Shown piece by piece: positions 40,926 to 51,278 of a stretch of 64,000 bases of DNA (position 1 is the first letter of the stretch; each line of letters starts with the position of its first letter). The notes beneath the pieces are model-generated. The model saw nothing but the letters and a program-made list of their open reading frames with translations, was not told the DNA's origin and ran no database searches. The DNA comes from Tubiluchus corallicola (taxonomy: Eukaryota > Animalia > Priapulida). The stretch lies in assembly GCA_030141605.1 (NCBI GenBank), contig JAQGDQ010002405.1:1-64000 (forward strand), written 5' to 3'. A program made the position numbers and the translations under genes.

Positions 40926-42167
40926 CTAAAGCATCTGCGCCATCTGCTCTGTTGAATACTTTCCCTCCTTAAGCTTTCTCCTCACCTCTGAAAACACCTT
41001 AATAGTATACTCTACATCCTCAAGCGAGTGCATGGCTGTCGGAATAAGTCTCAATAACAGCTGCCCCTTAGGAATAACGGGATATATAACTATTGAGCAA
41101 AAAATATTGTAATTTTCACGAAGATCCATTACCACATTAGTGCCCTCAGGAACACTCCCAGAAAGATATATAGGAGTTACGGGAGAACTGGTATTTCCAA
41201 GATTAAACCCATTCTCTCTCAGCCCCTTCTGAAGAGCACACACTATTACCCACAGCCGCTCTACAAACTCGGGATTTGAACGTATCAACTCAAGTCTTTT
41301 TAGAGCACCTATTACCATCGGCATCGGTAACGATTTGGCAAAAGTCTGAGAGCGCATATTATAACGCAAAAAGTTGCAAACCTCCTCGTCACATGACACA
41401 AAACCCCCGATACCTGCCATCGCCTTAGCAAATGTCCCAAAATAAAGATCTATATCGTCCTGTACTCCAAAGTGTAAACCTGTTCCCGCACCCAGCTTGC
41501 CCATTGTTCCAAAACCGTGAGCATCATCTACCAGTAGCCTGAAATTGTACTTCTTCTTCATGGAGATAATCTCATCCAACTTGCCAAGATCACCGGCCAT
41601 ACCAAAAACACCCTCTGTGATAACCAAAATACCCCCTCCTGTCTTCTCCACCACCCTTGCTGCATGACCCAGTTGCTTACTAAGGCTATCCATATCATTG
41701 TGGAGAAAAACAAAACGCTTACCCATGTGCAGGCGTACCCCGTCAACAATACAAGCATGAGACTCAGCATCATAAACGATAACATCATGCCTTCCACACA
41801 AAGCATCTATAATAGACACCATACCCTGATAACCATAATTTAGCAGGAAAGTATCGGGCTTACCTACAAACTCCGACAACTGCTGCTCAAGCTCCTCATG
41901 CTTACTAGTATGCCCAGACATCATCCTGGCACCCATAGGATATGCCATGCCGTACTTAGCAGTAGCCTCACTATCAGTATTACGCACCTTCGGATGATTA
42001 GCCAGCCCAAGATAATTATTCAAACTCCACGTAAGTACCTCTTTACCTCTAAACTTCATACGAGGATGAATCTCTCCCCCCAGCTTAGGAAATGCAAAGT
42101 ACCCGTGTGCATCTTTCTGGTATTTTCCAAGATCGCCCTTAGATTTAATCTTACTAAAAATATCCAC
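40926..42167 (-). CDS. PLP-dependent alpha-oxoamine synthase, SulA/CapB-like (cysteate acyltransferase, sulfonolipid synthesis)
   Basis: AHGYFAFPKL...WSLNNYLGLANHP, PMGARMMSG, DDAHGFG, GTFAK (PLP lysine). From recall it resembles Alistipes SulA more than Bacteroides SPT. Confidence 0.75.
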   Translation of the reverse strand: MDIFSKIKSKGDLGKYQKDAHGYFAFPKLGGEIHPRMKFRGKEVLTWSLNNYLGLANHPKVRNTDSEATAKYGMAYPMGARMMSGHTSKHEELEQQLSEFVGKPDTFLLNYGYQGMVSIIDALCGRHDVIVYDAESHACIVDGVRLHMGKRFVFLHNDMDSLSKQLGHAARVVEKTGGGILVITEGVFGMAGDLGKLDEIISMKKKYNFRLLVDDAHGFGTMGKLGAGTGLHFGVQDDIDLYFGTFAKAMAGIGGFVSCDEEVCNFLRYNMRSQTFAKSLPMPMVIGALKRLELIRSNPEFVERLWVIVCALQKGLRENGFNLGNTSSPVTPIYLSGSVPEGTNVVMDLRENYNIFCSIVIYPVIPKGQLLLRLIPTAMHSLEDVEYTIKVFSEVRRKLKEGKYSTEQMAQML

Positions 42168-42205
42168 GATTATTTTTTTTTCTATAAATTTTGTCCAGAA
42201 CAGTG

Positions 42206-42213
42206 CAAATGTA
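42206..42213 (-). promoter_or_regulatory. -7 promoter element
   Basis: TACATTTG on the minus strand about 39 nt upstream of ATG 42167. Confidence 0.55.
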
Positions 42214-42423
42214 ATCTTTTTTAGCTTTCTGCCAAATGAGGAAAAAATCTATGCAACCATAAACCCTCTTCTCCTTCCATACTTTTATAGCACCTGCTTT
42301 AGAACAAACAGTACACACACAGCTAAGCCGCAACTAAAACCTATGAATAGTTTAAAAATGGGTACTTCCATTTTTAGGGCATTGAAAAAAAGAAGCAACC
42401 TTGCACGTTTTTTTCCATTTTAC

Positions 42424-42808
42424 TATTGCTTTAATAGTTTTTTGAGGAACCGAGCATACCCTGTTTACTGCTAAACCCGTTATACTCCTCAATATACAGT
42501 GGCTCGCTTATACTTTTTTTAAAAGCTCTGTGAATAGCCTGAATAAGTTGGTAAGCTGCGGGAGTGAAAAGCTATCAATACCTACAAAGGCTACGCCTAA
42601 AGAATCTTTGTTGTATCATTTGCAGTCTGCTCCTTGCTCATGTTCTTTTCTGCCTCTTCTTATTGTACCATCGGCATAAACTATCTAAATGATAGCTCAC
42701 TTTGCGAAAACCATGTTACTTGTGCCAGCAACCTGCCTCCCCTATAGCGGTATACCTTCCACTGGATAGTGTAGTAGTACAGTCTATTGTTAGCTTTAAA
42801 ATGCTCAT
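42424..42808 (-). pseudogene. Decayed N-acetylmuramoyl-L-alanine amidase (T7 lysozyme/Amidase_2 type)
   Basis: Manual translation: MSILKLTIDCTT...WHK*HGFRKVSYHL/IVYADGTIRRGRKEHEQGADCK*YNKDSLGVAFVG...QLTNL. Contains stops and frameshifts and is absent from the ORF track. The 3' boundary is approximate. Confidence 0.75.
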
Positions 42809-43720
42809 CTGTTTTTATTATTAAATTACAGCTACCTGGGGCTTTGAAAATATTGTTGCTCCAATCACTACCCGTATTATAGCAAAAGATGCTCTACTAA
42901 ACTAGGTGCAGTTATCAAACCCTGCACTTCCGTTTTATATAGGCTACAAAGCATACACACAAAGTGGATTTATGCAATAATATTTATTTTGCATGTTTTT
43001 TGCTTTGCCATACCTTTACTTTACCGTAAAGCACCCGTCCGAGCATAGTAAGCAAAAAAACTGCAAAGTGAGGGTGTCAACAATCTCAAAAATGATATTA
43101 AAACTATGCCCAACCCTGTACCCAAATCACCTTTTTGCTACTCCATAAGATTAAATAGCAGGGGTGTCTTCAACCCAGTCTTAAGCATAAAAAAACCACC
43201 TTTAGGGGATGGCTTAAATCGATATTTATTTATCTCATTGTACTTATGGACTACTTAAAGGTATTTTCAACCCTTTACTATGCATTAACGAAAGCCTTAG
43301 ACAATCGCTTTTCATAACTTAAAACCATTCGTATTATTTAGCGTAAATTAACTTTTTTGCACCATTCGTATTATAATTATGCCCCCTCTGCTTGAAACAA
43401 ACACCTTAAAACAGCCTCACAAAGCAATACAAATCAAAAAATATTGAAAACTTTCAGTCCGCTGGTATAACCGGAAACACTGAAAAAGACTCTCACAAAA
43501 TATGCTAATAAAAAAGGTGAATTCTGCAAAAACACCCATACATTGAAAAACAACCTGAAAATTGATATTCTAAAATAAGAACTAATAAAATATGCACAAC
43601 ATAAACATCAACGAAGCTTATGCATATTTAAATAATAGTATTCAATTAAAAATAAGTTACTACTTTTGAAGTTACTACTTTCTTTTGCGTACAACAGTTA
43701 AAACTGGTCACAATAAATAG

Positions 43721-45577
43721 ATGAAAACAATAAGTATTTTAGCCCTTTGCCTAGCTTTCACCAAGCTGCTTTCACAGGAAATAACAGAAAAAGAAGTCGA
43801 AACTAGGATAGACAATGTAACAATATTCATTGAAGGAGCTCAAATTGTAAGGAAAAAACATGTTAACCTGGCAAAAGGAACCACAACACTTAAATATATA
43901 AACCTCTCCCCCTTCATTGACCACAAAAGCGTTCAGGTAAAAGCTGAAGGGGGAATAACTATCTTATCAGTAAACCACCAGCAAAACTACCTAGACAAGC
44001 TCCAAAAACCCAAAGAATTGCTGGATATGGAGAACAGGCTTGAAGAGATTGAAAATAAGGTGAAAATCGAATACACACACCTATCGGTTATTAAGGAAGA
44101 ATTGGCTTTCCTACACGAGAACAGGAACATTGGCGGTAAAAATGAACAAATCAGTGTTACAAACCTTCAGCAAACATCAAAATTTTATAATGAAAAACTA
44201 ACATCTCTGAAACTATCGGAAATTGAACATAACAAAACAATAAAAGAGCTTAATAATCAGAGAACAGACCTGCAAAACCAAATCAGGGCTCTGACTGTCC
44301 AAAAAAAAATTCCTGCCGGAGAAATACTGGTTAAAGTAGATACTAAAAAAACCGGTATATTTTCATTTGAAATCTCATATATCGTCGATAATGCCGGATG
44401 GTTTCCCTCATACGACATTCGAGCAAAAAACATAAGCGAACCGATTCAGTTAATATACAAAGCTAATGTCAAGCAAAACACAAAAGTTGACTGGAAAAAT
44501 GTAAAACTTAAACTTTCGTCCGCTAACCCAAATGTATCAGGAGTTGCTCCCGAACTAAAAACCCACTTCCTGGGTTATAACACATTACCGCCAACCTACA
44601 AACCGGGTGCTAATAATGTAAGTGGAAAAGTAACTGATAATTATGGAGAACCATTACCGGGTGCAACTGTTGTTGTACATGGCACAACAATAGGTACCAC
44701 AACAGACCAGGGTGGAGACTACACCATAACAATTCCCAATCACACAATCCAACTCACCTATTCATGCATTGGGTTTAACCCTCAAACCCTACCGATTTCC
44801 GGTGCAGTAATGAATGTCGCACTTGATGGTAGAAACAGGCATACTGCAACCTTGAAAATGAAAAAGGAATACATGGAGCCACTGCACGCTGTTGACAGTT
44901 CAGCTGAATCGGAAACAAAACTACAAAGTGTGAGCAGCTCAGCAATACCTACAGCCCAGGTTGAAAAACAGACAACAGTTGACTTTGAAATCAAAACCCC
45001 ATACACCATTGCATCAGATAATAAAAACTACACAGTAGACATGGAGTTCTATAACCTCCCTGCATTCTACCAATACTATTGTGTACCAAAAATTGACAAA
45101 AATGCCTTCCTAATAGCAAATATCACAGACTGGGAACAATACAGCCTTCTTGAAGGAGAAGCCAACCTATTTTTTGAAGACACCTATATCGGCAAGGCCC
45201 TGTTGGATGTAAGATATGCTTCAGATACTCTGGGAATATCGTTAGGACGAGATAAAAAAGTATCTGTAAATAGAGAAAAAATCAAAGAGTTTACAAATAA
45301 ACAATCTATTGGCAGTAAAAAAGAAGATAGCATGGCATGGAAAATAACAGTAAGGAATAGCAAAAGCCAAAAAATTGATATGATTATCCTTGACCAGGTT
45401 CCTGTTTCAACAACAAAGGAAATAGAAGTAAAGATCCAAAACTTATCTAACGCAAAACATGACCCCGAAACAGGTAAAATAAAATGGGAGTTTAATCTCA
45501 ATCCAAATGACAAAAAAGAATTTGATTTAAGATACTCAGTTAAATATCCTAAAAACAGAAATTTAATTATAGAATAA
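43721..45577 (+). CDS. DUF4140/DUF4139 (mucoidy inhibitor MuiA-like) protein with internal carboxypeptidase-regulatory-like domain
   Basis: VTIFIEGAQI, AGWFPSYDIR, QNTKVDW, GEPLPGATV...GTTTD, DQVPVST. Confidence 0.85.
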   Translation: MKTISILALCLAFTKLLSQEITEKEVETRIDNVTIFIEGAQIVRKKHVNLAKGTTTLKYINLSPFIDHKSVQVKAEGGITILSVNHQQNYLDKLQKPKELLDMENRLEEIENKVKIEYTHLSVIKEELAFLHENRNIGGKNEQISVTNLQQTSKFYNEKLTSLKLSEIEHNKTIKELNNQRTDLQNQIRALTVQKKIPAGEILVKVDTKKTGIFSFEISYIVDNAGWFPSYDIRAKNISEPIQLIYKANVKQNTKVDWKNVKLKLSSANPNVSGVAPELKTHFLGYNTLPPTYKPGANNVSGKVTDNYGEPLPGATVVVHGTTIGTTTDQGGDYTITIPNHTIQLTYSCIGFNPQTLPISGAVMNVALDGRNRHTATLKMKKEYMEPLHAVDSSAESETKLQSVSSSAIPTAQVEKQTTVDFEIKTPYTIASDNKNYTVDMEFYNLPAFYQYYCVPKIDKNAFLIANITDWEQYSLLEGEANLFFEDTYIGKALLDVRYASDTLGISLGRDKKVSVNREKIKEFTNKQSIGSKKEDSMAWKITVRNSKSQKIDMIILDQVPVSTTKEIEVKIQNLSNAKHDPETGKIKWEFNLNPNDKKEFDLRYSVKYPKNRNLIIE

Positions 45578-45819
45578 AAACTATATCCGGTTAGAACACC
45601 AAAAAGCAGCAGGAGGGATAGCACTTATTCAAATATTTAAGCACTGCGCTATACAAGCAAAAATATCCCAACTGGGCTCAGGTTAAGAAAAAAATCGATA
45701 GTAAATTACTCTTAAAAAAAATGATATAAATATTAATAAAATAAGTTTCGCTAAGGTTTTAACCTTACTTTGTTAACATGTAATGTAATGTACTATAATA
45801 TTATATTAAATCATACCCA

Positions 45820-48800
45820 ATGAGAAAAACAGCGCTAATCTTGTGCACAGTACTGACTGTTCTGCTAATATCATGCAAAGAGAGAGAAAAAGAAGGAGAT
45901 GTAATATACTCCGAAGAGGTTGCAAAAATAGTAAATACAGTAACTAGTGGAGAAATTCAAAGTGGTGACTTAATAGAGGTACAATTTATTGAACCGGTAG
46001 TAGAAGCAGAAGAGGTAGGCAGTGTAGTAAAAGGGGCCTTTAAGATTTCGCCATCCATAAGAGGCGTAGCATACTGGAAAAGCAGAAACACAATAGTATT
46101 TAGACCTGTAGGAGACCTACCCTATAGAAAAACATTTAATGGAAAACTGATTCTATCAGAACTGAATGAGAAATTCAAAGATGAAAATTTGGGATCCATT
46201 GAATTTAGGTTCAGAATTGCAGGAAGGGAAATTGCAAAATTCGATGGAAAACTGATTTTGAAAAATAGCAATAACAGAGAAATATTGCAATACATAGGGA
46301 TAGTCAGCTTTACAGAATCAATTGACCTGAAAACAGTCGAAAAAGCCCTGGAGCTAAAAAAAGGGAAAAAAGCAGTTGAAGTCAAAATAACAGCAGAGCC
46401 AGATGGAAAAACATTCAACTATATATCGGGTGATCTGCTTCGCAAAAGCAGCACAGACAACTATACACTTACCATACGTAAAAAAAAGACAGGCTTACCA
46501 AAAAACTTTAAAAAATCTTTTGAAATCAGCCCATTAGGATCAATGGAACTGACTAAGGTAAGTAGAGAAGATAAGGGAAAATCCCCTAAAATAAGGCTGC
46601 ACTTCTCTGATGAATTTGACCCCGAGCAAAACATTGACGGGCTAATAAAAACAATCCCGGTATCAAACCTGAAAATTCAAAGAATGGGAAGCTCCCTAAT
46701 AATAGACGGGAATTTCCGGGCTGGAGAAAACTATAAACTAATAGTTGAAAAAGGAATAAAAAATAGATGGGGGACAGTAACAGAAAAGAAATATACCCAA
46801 AAGATAACCTTCGCAAATATGGAGCCACAGGTAGAATTTGCATCCAGTGGTATTTTTCTGCCCAGTGGAAACCAGTATAGGCTTCAGTTTCACACAAACA
46901 ACTTAAAAAGAGTCCATGTTGAAGTAAAAAAAGTGTATGCAAATAGTATCCCGAAGTTTTTGAGAAATGAACAGCTGAAAAGCCTGTCTGATAGAAAAGC
47001 TCCCTTTAATGCAAAATACGTCAACCAGGTAGGAGTTATAGTGCACAATGAGACCTTTGAAATAGGCGAAGAAAAAAACGTATGGAAACTAAATGAAATA
47101 GACTTATCAAAGTTGATCCGTAAAAATCACAAAGGGCTCTACTTGGTGCGCCTGAACTTTAACCCGCGAGATATGCTGACAGAAATAGAAAGCGGGAACT
47201 ACGATAAATACATAGAAAAATACGGACAAATCTATAAACCGCTGCTCTTTAGCGATATAGGACTGACATGCAAGAAAATAAAAAACAACTATAAAGTATA
47301 CGCAACAGACATCGCTACAGCAAAACCCATGCAGGGAGTAAGAGTCAAACTAATATCAATCTATGGCGATACAAAATCAACAGCAAACACAGACAGTGAT
47401 GGAATAGCAACACTGTACGGGGAAAGATATTTCAACTACTACATAACAGCAGAAAAAGATGGCCAGCAAAGTGTCATAAAGCCTAATGATATGGAGTGGA
47501 ACACATCAGGATTTGACACCGGGGGAATCAGTGAGCATAACTCAGGCATCAAAGCATACACATATACAGAAAGAGGTGTGTACAGACCTGGTGACGAGAT
47601 AAACATCTCAATAATAGCCCGCTTTACCAAACGAAGCTACCCAAGAAATCACCCTCTCACAATTGAAATGATCAATCCGCAAGGTAAAAAAATATATGAA
47701 GTAACAAACAAGCAAAGCAAGGATGGATTTTACAACTTTAAAGTACAGACAAAAGAGTCCGATCCGACAGGAAACTGGAGAGCAGTGTTTCGTATTGGTA
47801 ATAAAGAGTTTACCCATACAATAAAAATTGAAACGGTTGTCCCGTACCGCTTAAAAATTAAAATTGAGCCGGAGCAGCAGTTTATTGCGTGGAACAAGAC
47901 AACCTTCAATTTGGACTTGAGCAGCACTTACCTGTTCGGAAATCCTGCTGCCGGACTTAAAGCCCGGATTGACACAGAAATATTTAGCATAAAAAAGAGA
48001 TTCAAAAAGTATGATAGCTTTGTATTTACAAATCCCAGTGTCGATTTTCAGCCTATTGAGCAAACAATATTTGAAGGAGAACTTGATAATAACGGGAAAA
48101 AACTTACCGAGTGGAACCTGCCAGATGTCTCAAACGCACCATCAGCACTAATGGTAAAAGTAACCGGTAAGGTCATGGAAAAAGGGGGCAGACCAAACGA
48201 AAACATCTCATTCTTACCATATGAACCATACTCCCACTACGTAGGAATACAACCGCCAAAGTACCACTACATACCGACAGGGAGCAACCTTGAAGTACCG
48301 GCTATTATTGTTACGCCTGAAGGAAAACCTGTGGCAGGAAGATCACTGAAATATCGAATATACCGAAACACTGAGCATTGGTGGTGGCAATACGATAAAA
48401 AACTACGCTTTAAATCAGATAAAAACACAGTGTTGATAGGAGAAGGGAGTGTCAACTCCAAAACAACACATAGTATCATAAAATTCTTGCCAATAGAACG
48501 TGGCACATTTTTAATTGAAGTAACCGATGAAGAAGGAACGGGACACACGTCAGGTATCTTTGTAACAGCCTATAAATACGGTAGCTCAGGTGGGGAAGAT
48601 AAAAGTGCTGGCACACTGGAACTAAGCTCCCAAAAGAACAAGTACTACACAAATGAGCATATCAAAGTTCAATTCCCTGCCCCAAAAGAGGGAATAGCTC
48701 TGATAACTGTTGAAAAAGGAGGAGAAATACTGTACAACACATGGGTATCACCAAAAGGAGAAGACCTGACTGAAGTTAAAATACCCGCTACAGAAAAAAT

Positions 48801-51252
48801 GGTACCCAATGCATATATCACGGTATCGCTTATACAGCCGCACAAACAAACAGAAAATGACAGGCCTATTAGAATGTTTGGCATACTACCCATATTGGTT
48901 GAAAACAGAGATTCCAAACACGAAATTGAAATAAAAACAGCGACTAAATTCCTCCCAGAAAAACCATTTGAAATCACATTACAAACAAAAGACCGGGAGC
49001 CAACCCAGTTTACCATTGCTGTAGTAGATGAAGGACTGCTGGACATCACAAACTTCAAAACCCCTGACCCGTGGCCACACTTCTTTTCTAAAGTACGATT
49101 GGAAACCCGGACATTTGACCTCTTCTCCCACATTATATCAGCAAATAAGGGAGATGTCTTTAAAACCTTCTCAATAGGAGGAGATATGGACTACAGAGAG
49201 TCGCAGCTAGGTAACAAAAAACGACAGCGAAGGTTTAAACCTGTAAGCCTATTTAAAGGCCCTGTTGACACAGATGCAAGTGGGAAAGCTGTTGTTAGGT
49301 TTGATATGCCAAACTATGTGGGATCAGTAAGAATAATGGTGATAGGTGCAAGAAAAAAGAGCTATGCCAAAGCGGAAAAAAGAGTACCGGTAAAGTCGGA
49401 ATTAATGGTAATGCCCACACTGCCACGCGTGATAGGGCCAGGAGAAAAGTTTACCGTTCCTGTATCGGTATTTGCAATGGAAGATGGAATAGGTAATGTA
49501 GAGGTAGATATAGCTACAGAAGAGCTCCTGGAAATAGAAGGAGCAGACAGCCGAAAGATGCAGTTTAAAAAAGCTGACGATAAAGAGTGCTACTTTACCA
49601 TAAAAGCCAAAGAGCAGGTAGGGCAAACTAAAGTAAAAATAAGAGCAAGGTCAGCAAAACATAAGGCAGAATACCTGGTAGACCTGTATGTCAGACCGGC
49701 ATCACCAAGAATATATAAATCATTTAATAGCAGTGTTGAATCAGGTAAAACAGCCACTCTATACGTGCCGGATGATGGATTAAAAGGCACCAATAGAGCA
49801 ACCATAACGATTTCAAATTATCCCGGAATAAGTATCGACCACAGACTAAAATATCTGATCCACTACCCTTACGGCTGCATAGAGCAAACAACATCATCAG
49901 TGTTCCCGCAGCTATACATCAAACAGTTTGTAGATTACTCGGAAGCCGACACAAAAGATATAGACAAAAACATCAATGCAGGAATTCAGCAGTTACGCAA
50001 ATTTCAGATATTCTCCGGGGGATTTAGTTACTGGCCCTATGAAGATACCCCCTCTGAATGGGGAACACTTTATGGAGGACACTTTATGGTAGAAGCAAAA
50101 AAACTGGGATACCATGTCACAGAAGACCTGTATAGAAACTGGTTAGGATACACAAGCAAAATGGCCCGTCAGGGTAGTGGAAACTTAACCTCAAGAGTAT
50201 ACAGAGCTTACACTCTTGCGCTGGCTGGAAAACCGGCAAATAGTGAAATGAACCTATTGAGAGAGAACAGACTGCACAAAATGAACAATGTTCAGAAATG
50301 GCTGTTGGCAGCATCATACCATTTGGCAGGACTGCCCGATAAAGTCAGTGAAATTGTCAAAGATGCAGGTATGGAAACCGACAACTATCAGGAGTTCTCA
50401 GGCACCTACGGATCGGGGCTAAGAGACAAGGGCATGATTCTGGACGCACTCGTTTCTCTAAATAAAATGGAGCAGGCAGAAGAGTTGGCGCGAGACATAT
50501 CAAAATACATATCAGCAAGCGATTGGTACTCCACACAAACCATCGGCTACACCCTGTTGGGGATTGGGAAATACATAACAGCACTGCAAAAAGGAAGCGA
50601 AAAAGCAGAGCTAAAAGGGCACATAACATTTGCCGATGGCACAGAAGTGCCTTTTAAAACGGAAAAAACCTACACGTACAGATTACAAAATGGTTTTGGC
50701 AAACCAATACAGATTTCGCTCGATGAAAAATCGGACGTAGCAAAAGCCTTTACCACACTTGCGTGGGATGGAGTTCCTTTTAAAAGTGATATAAAAGATG
50801 AAAATAGCAACCTCTCATTAAATGTAAAATGGTATGACGAGGAAGGGAAAGGAATCGATATTACTCAGATTAACCAGGGAACAGCATTTTGGGGACACTT
50901 CCAGGTTGAAAACATAAGCACGCTAAAGCGTGTTGACGAAGTGGCTCTAGTTCAGATATTACCGTCAGGCTGGGAAATAGAAAACACTCGCCTGTCTGGT
51001 GAGTCAATGCCTGCATGGACAGAAAGAATGAACCTATATAACGAAAAATACCTTGATATCAGGGACGACAGAGTTATGTGGTTCTTCGACATACATAAGA
51101 ATATAGAGAAGAAGAAGAAACTGGACTTTATTGTAAAAATAAATGCTGTAACAATTGGAGAGTTCGAATTGGCGCCAACACTGGTTGAAGCTATGTATAA
51201 CGAATCATTTAAAGCTACCAAAGCAGGTAAAAAAGTTAAAGTAATAAAATAG
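45820..51252 (+). CDS. Bacterial alpha-2-macroglobulin
   Basis: Lipobox LISC, TERGVYRPGD, AVVDEG, thioester YPYGCIEQ, DIRDDR; upstream of pbpC. Confidence 0.95.
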   Translation: MRKTALILCTVLTVLLISCKEREKEGDVIYSEEVAKIVNTVTSGEIQSGDLIEVQFIEPVVEAEEVGSVVKGAFKISPSIRGVAYWKSRNTIVFRPVGDLPYRKTFNGKLILSELNEKFKDENLGSIEFRFRIAGREIAKFDGKLILKNSNNREILQYIGIVSFTESIDLKTVEKALELKKGKKAVEVKITAEPDGKTFNYISGDLLRKSSTDNYTLTIRKKKTGLPKNFKKSFEISPLGSMELTKVSREDKGKSPKIRLHFSDEFDPEQNIDGLIKTIPVSNLKIQRMGSSLIIDGNFRAGENYKLIVEKGIKNRWGTVTEKKYTQKITFANMEPQVEFASSGIFLPSGNQYRLQFHTNNLKRVHVEVKKVYANSIPKFLRNEQLKSLSDRKAPFNAKYVNQVGVIVHNETFEIGEEKNVWKLNEIDLSKLIRKNHKGLYLVRLNFNPRDMLTEIESGNYDKYIEKYGQIYKPLLFSDIGLTCKKIKNNYKVYATDIATAKPMQGVRVKLISIYGDTKSTANTDSDGIATLYGERYFNYYITAEKDGQQSVIKPNDMEWNTSGFDTGGISEHNSGIKAYTYTERGVYRPGDEINISIIARFTKRSYPRNHPLTIEMINPQGKKIYEVTNKQSKDGFYNFKVQTKESDPTGNWRAVFRIGNKEFTHTIKIETVVPYRLKIKIEPEQQFIAWNKTTFNLDLSSTYLFGNPAAGLKARIDTEIFSIKKRFKKYDSFVFTNPSVDFQPIEQTIFEGELDNNGKKLTEWNLPDVSNAPSALMVKVTGKVMEKGGRPNENISFLPYEPYSHYVGIQPPKYHYIPTGSNLEVPAIIVTPEGKPVAGRSLKYRIYRNTEHWWWQYDKKLRFKSDKNTVLIGEGSVNSKTTHSIIKFLPIERGTFLIEVTDEEGTGHTSGIFVTAYKYGSSGGEDKSAGTLELSSQKNKYYTNEHIKVQFPAPKEGIALITVEKGGEILYNTWVSPKGEDLTEVKIPATEKMVPNAYITVSLIQPHKQTENDRPIRMFGILPILVENRDSKHEIEIKTATKFLPEKPFEITLQTKDREPTQFTIAVVDEGLLDITNFKTPDPWPHFFSKVRLETRTFDLFSHIISANKGDVFKTFSIGGDMDYRESQLGNKKRQRRFKPVSLFKGPVDTDASGKAVVRFDMPNYVGSVRIMVIGARKKSYAKAEKRVPVKSELMVMPTLPRVIGPGEKFTVPVSVFAMEDGIGNVEVDIATEELLEIEGADSRKMQFKKADDKECYFTIKAKEQVGQTKVKIRARSAKHKAEYLVDLYVRPASPRIYKSFNSSVESGKTATLYVPDDGLKGTNRATITISNYPGISIDHRLKYLIHYPYGCIEQTTSSVFPQLYIKQFVDYSEADTKDIDKNINAGIQQLRKFQIFSGGFSYWPYEDTPSEWGTLYGGHFMVEAKKLGYHVTEDLYRNWLGYTSKMARQGSGNLTSRVYRAYTLALAGKPANSEMNLLRENRLHKMNNVQKWLLAASYHLAGLPDKVSEIVKDAGMETDNYQEFSGTYGSGLRDKGMILDALVSLNKMEQAEELARDISKYISASDWYSTQTIGYTLLGIGKYITALQKGSEKAELKGHITFADGTEVPFKTEKTYTYRLQNGFGKPIQISLDEKSDVAKAFTTLAWDGVPFKSDIKDENSNLSLNVKWYDEEGKGIDITQINQGTAFWGHFQVENISTLKRVDEVALVQILPSGWEIENTRLSGESMPAWTERMNLYNEKYLDIRDDRVMWFFDIHKNIEKKKKLDFIVKINAVTIGEFELAPTLVEAMYNESFKATKAGKKVKVIK

Positions 51253-51278
51253 AAAGAACAATATAATTTTTTATTTAG

